A program made the translations under genes and the position numbers. The notes beneath the pieces are model-generated. The model saw only the letters and a program-made list of their open reading frames with translations. It had not been told where the DNA came from and ran no database searches. A stretch of 64,000 nt of DNA from Candidatus Dojkabacteria bacterium (GTDB taxonomy: Bacteria; Patescibacteriota; Dojkabacteria; J137). The stretch covers positions 103,998-167,997 of the forward strand of contig JAUZRK010000001.1 in assembly GCA_030950485.1 (NCBI GenBank), given 5' to 3'. The stretch's first letter is position 1. Every line of letters begins with the position of its first letter. Positions 60,967-64,000 of this stretch are shown here, in pieces.

Positions 60967-61804
60967 TTTGCTTCATTATACTTCTAACAGCCTTCTCTTG
61001 CATTACCGCGTGACTAGCTCCAAATATTATAAATACCTTATCGTATTCCTGAAGCTTAGCTTGTATATATTCTAAAATATACGTATCCCTGAAAGAACTC
61101 AATTTATTCCCTATCTCATTAACAATGGTCCATTTCTGTCCTCTCGGAATAGGATCTAAAATATCTCTATAATCATTTGTATCATTATAAATACCAGTTC
61201 CTAAATATTTTTTGTGTAAATCTATAAAATTTCTCAAATCATACTTAGCTCACTCATTTCCTAAACAAAATCTCTCTATAGCTGCTTCCAATCGTACTAG
61301 TCTTTCGTCAGAACTTTTATATTTCCAAGTAGGTAAATAATGAATGCAAAAAAAGAAGAATATTTCGTCATTACTAAATCCATTTTCAAATAAATACTTG
61401 ATCTCATCTTGATGATTTATATCAGCAGAGTATGTATCAGCCTTGTTCTCATTTGCTTTTATTAAACTAAATATTGGCTCGCCAAATTCTTCAATAATTG
61501 CAGAAATATTGTTTCTATTTCTATAGATTTTATTCTTTAACTCTTCAGCTAATAGCTCATTAACAAAAGTATGCCCCTCGATAAGTAAGACTTCTGGATT
61601 AAACTCTTTTATAGCACTTTCAATTATATTAAAAATTTCATCTTCAGGATCCCTTGAATGGTAAGTTCCAAAGTAATAAAGCTCTTTATTATTATTTTTA
61701 ATTTCGTAAATATATGGGGTTTTATGAGCTAGAGAAGAGTATTCTTCTGGCGTCATTAACAATTCTTTTAGTTGATTTGAAGATAACATATTAAATTCTA
61801 CCAC
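60959..61804 (-). pseudogene. TraB/GumN-family protein with an in-frame TGA at 61250-61252
   Basis: N-part ORF ends ..ERFCLGNE*. The same frame continues AKYDLRNFIDLHKKYLG.. into ORF 60959-61237, which has VFIIFGASHAV. The N-part has YYFGTYHS and LLIEGHT. Confidence 0.65.
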
Positions 61805-61812
61805 TGAACCTT

Positions 61813-62598
61813 CTACTTATCTTCTATACTAAATGGTCTGCCCCTTAAATTTATTATAGGCCGCTCCGCTTCTACATTTCTTTTAACTTTATCGGTATCT
61901 TCTAGCCATTCGTAGTCAAATACAATCTCTAGGCAGTCATTTCCACATTGGATTTGAAAGTTTGTAGTTTTATCTTTAATCTCAATTCTAGTACTAAATG
62001 ATAGAGCAGTATTTATATCGTCTATTATTCCCGGGTCCATATTATTAGAGCTTATAAAGTCAGAAATTCTGGAATCATAGTCATTAAGCTTTGGATCTCT
62101 ATTCATAAGTCTTCTGAAATTTTCTCTTATTTCCTCAAATTCAATTGTATTACCTTCCGGAAAATCAAAATTCAAAGATACTATTGAACTTCCATAAACT
62201 AAGCTATGACTAAAAGAAAGGCCACTTTCAAGTCTTACAAGAACTGAAGATTCATCCGTATCCTCCCTAAAAGCTATATATCGTATATCACTAGCTAGAT
62301 TACTAATAATCTCACTTTCTAAAGCCAGGAAAGTCATTAGGATATGGCTATCTCCTTCATAGTTAGGAATCCTACCTATATGGAACTTATCGCCATAATT
62401 AAGATTCAAATTCTGCCAAATTGATCGCTCTTTAGTATTTACCTCAAATTTTGAATATTTCTGGAAGTCATTCGAATCATTATAAACTGTTATTGTTTCA
62501 CCTAACTTATCAGCTGCAGCTTGCAAAACATATTCTCTGTAACCCTGTGGCGTTACCTCGTTGATAAATTCTTCTCCAGAAGGCAGATCACTCATCAT
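61813..62598 (-). CDS. hypothetical protein
   Basis: 261-aa ORF. Confidence 0.4.
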   Translation of the reverse strand: MMSDLPSGEEFINEVTPQGYREYVLQAAADKLGETITVYNDSNDFQKYSKFEVNTKERSIWQNLNLNYGDKFHIGRIPNYEGDSHILMTFLALESEIISNLASDIRYIAFREDTDESSVLVRLESGLSFSHSLVYGSSIVSLNFDFPEGNTIEFEEIRENFRRLMNRDPKLNDYDSRISDFISSNNMDPGIIDDINTALSFSTRIEIKDKTTNFQIQCGNDCLEIVFDYEWLEDTDKVKRNVEAERPIINLRGRPFSIEDK

Positions 62599-62684
62599 TT
62601 TTGTTTTAAGTCACGAATTTTATCATATTGTGATTTCATATATCTACAGATAGGTATTACAATGTTTAAAGATTAATTACTAAT

Positions 62685-63137
62685 ATGAACATTTTTCTAG
62701 AATATATAAAACAAAATAATATTAAATTAGAAATTCAAACATTTACTGAAACTACACATACAGCTGAAGAAGCTGCAGCTAGATTAGGTATTGAAGTAGG
62801 GCAAATTGTTAAATCCCTCTTGTTTAAAACTAATGAAACTAACACTCCAATAATGATTCTAACCTCAGGAAAAAACAGAGCAAATTTAGAGGTAATTGAG
62901 AATTTATTAAATGAAAAATTAGATAAGCCCGATGCAGATTACGTTAAAGAAGTAACTGGTTTCTCAATAGGAGCAGTAACTCCTTTCGGACATAAAACAG
63001 AATTAAAGACATTTATAGATTCAGATCTACTTACGTACGATGAAGTTTCCGCTGCAGCAGGCGATAGGTTCTCTGTGTTTATGATAGAACCTGATATACT
63101 AACAGAAATTATAAATGGTGAAGTTGTTAAATTTTAA
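62685..63137 (+). CDS. YbaK/ProX-type aminoacyl-tRNA deacylase (editing domain) protein
   Basis: SIGAVTPFG motif. Confidence 0.6.
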   Translation: MNIFLEYIKQNNIKLEIQTFTETTHTAEEAAARLGIEVGQIVKSLLFKTNETNTPIMILTSGKNRANLEVIENLLNEKLDKPDADYVKEVTGFSIGAVTPFGHKTELKTFIDSDLLTYDEVSAAAGDRFSVFMIEPDILTEIINGEVVKF

Positions 63138-63140
63138 ACT

Positions 63141-63671
63141 ATGGAAATAACAAATATTTTTATTCGATCATTTCTTCAAATCAATAATTATGAAGTTTTG
63201 GAAATGGATGAAGGAAAGAATTGGGGAGGATATTATATTCTTAGATCTGATGAAAAAAGTGATTATAAAATTCTTTGGCTTAAACCTAAACGAGTCAGAG
63301 CATTAAGGTATCATGGACTTACTGGGTCAGCTCATAAAGAAACTTGGAAAGCATTAACTGAAATCAGAGTCATATTAGGGCATACAGATTTAGCAATAAA
63401 CAAAGATCAGTTTGATGAGGAAATCTCCAATTTACAGATACTTGATGTTGACCCAAATGAAACAGTAGAAATTCCAAAAGGTTATTTACACGGATTAGTT
63501 AATCCTTTTGAAACTGATATTTATCTTTTTGAATATAGAGAATCAGATCACGTAGAAACTACTGAAGAAAGGGAGAAAAATACTAAAGTAGTTTACGATC
63601 AAACTGGAGAATTTAATGCACCAAGATGGCCTAGTGAGCTGCTGTTTAGGATTATGGAGAAAAGTGAATAA
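63141..63671 (+). CDS. hypothetical protein (possibly cupin-like)
   Basis: 176-aa ORF. Confidence 0.35.
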   Translation: MEITNIFIRSFLQINNYEVLEMDEGKNWGGYYILRSDEKSDYKILWLKPKRVRALRYHGLTGSAHKETWKALTEIRVILGHTDLAINKDQFDEEISNLQILDVDPNETVEIPKGYLHGLVNPFETDIYLFEYRESDHVETTEEREKNTKVVYDQTGEFNAPRWPSELLFRIMEKSE

Positions 63672-63760
63672 TTTGTGAACTCAGCTTTTAATGGATTATC
63701 CCCTCAATCTTACTATAAGCATCTCTGAACTCGTTTCAGAGTTAGCACCGTCTACTTTTT

Positions 63761-64000
63761 ACCTAAGAACTACTCGCTCTAACACTTAAATTTATTATCG
63801 GCCTTTCACTTTGAGCGCAAAGCATAACTCTTTCGAGATTTCTAAGAAATACCCAATCAAAAGTTACTTGAATGCTAGATTCACCATTCGAAATTAAGTA
63901 CTCTGTAATTTCGTCTACAATAACAAGGCTATGGGTTAATGATAATGCTTCTAAAACGTCATCAACAAAATCATCGCTGAGCCCGACACTATAGGCAAAT
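63761..64000 (-). CDS. partial CDS running off the window end (histidine-phosphatase / SixA-like C-terminus)
   Basis: minus-frame reads ..FAYSVGLSDDFVDDVLEALSLTHSLVIVDEITEYLISNGESSIQVTFDWVFL..SVRASSS*. Confidence 0.35.

Noticed and set aside
10402-61252. Possibility that the in-frame TAA, TAG and TGA codons reflect stop-codon reassignment
   Set aside because: All three stop codons appear in-frame in different genes, and all three also terminate intact genes (recA and valS end in TAA, for example). No single reassignment can explain this. They were treated as nonsense mutations or possible readthrough.
1-64000. Prophage, integron or transposon content
   Set aside because: No integrase, transposase, recombinase, phage structural genes or att-like tRNA targets were seen. 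The only mobile-type signals are the short repeats and the HigBA pair.

Overview
AT-rich (about 30% GC) bacterial chromosomal segment using the standard genetic code. Its genes are mostly housekeeping: recJ, valS, recA, murB, a Mur ligase, rsmI, sufS/sufU, folA, thyA and tsaD. The host looks like a reduced-genome, possibly host-associated or CPR-like bacterium, with peptidoglycan genes present and two 23S-IVS-type four-helix-bundle proteins. I found no rRNA, tRNA, CRISPR array, integrase or transposase. Three things stand out. (1) Gene decay is unusually dense. At least six genes carry in-frame stop codons of all three types, and at least four more are split by 1-nt frameshifts. Several of those frameshifts sit in poly(A) runs. 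(2) There are several families of short dispersed repeats. The most striking are GC-rich perfect palindromes (GTAGGGGCAAA..TTTGCCCCTAC, CCCTCTCYTGGGAGAGG and a GAGTTACGGGTT-type repeat) that sit in-frame inside unrelated protein-coding genes (valS, a kinase, a GT4 glycosyltransferase, tsaD and a hydrolase). They add peptide segments, much like Rickettsia palindromic elements. AT-rich promoter-like repeats (TTGACTTTATAYTTTTAACTTTTTACTTT and TTTAGAATAATTAGG..) recur in intergenic regions. (3) Three gene neighbourhoods have no obvious known counterpart: a six-gene minus-strand operon of proteins with no recognisable domains (29666-34434); a CYTH / 2H-phosphoesterase / Nudix / CYTH cluster (38636-41619); and a kinase / two nucleotidyltransferases / HIT-Nudix fusion / DUF-cytidine-deaminase module lying between folA and thyA (48234-54673). 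That last module has GC-rich structured non-coding islands and a perfect 28-bp palindromic operator-like site. All calls are from reading the sequence and motifs by eye; no database searches were run.
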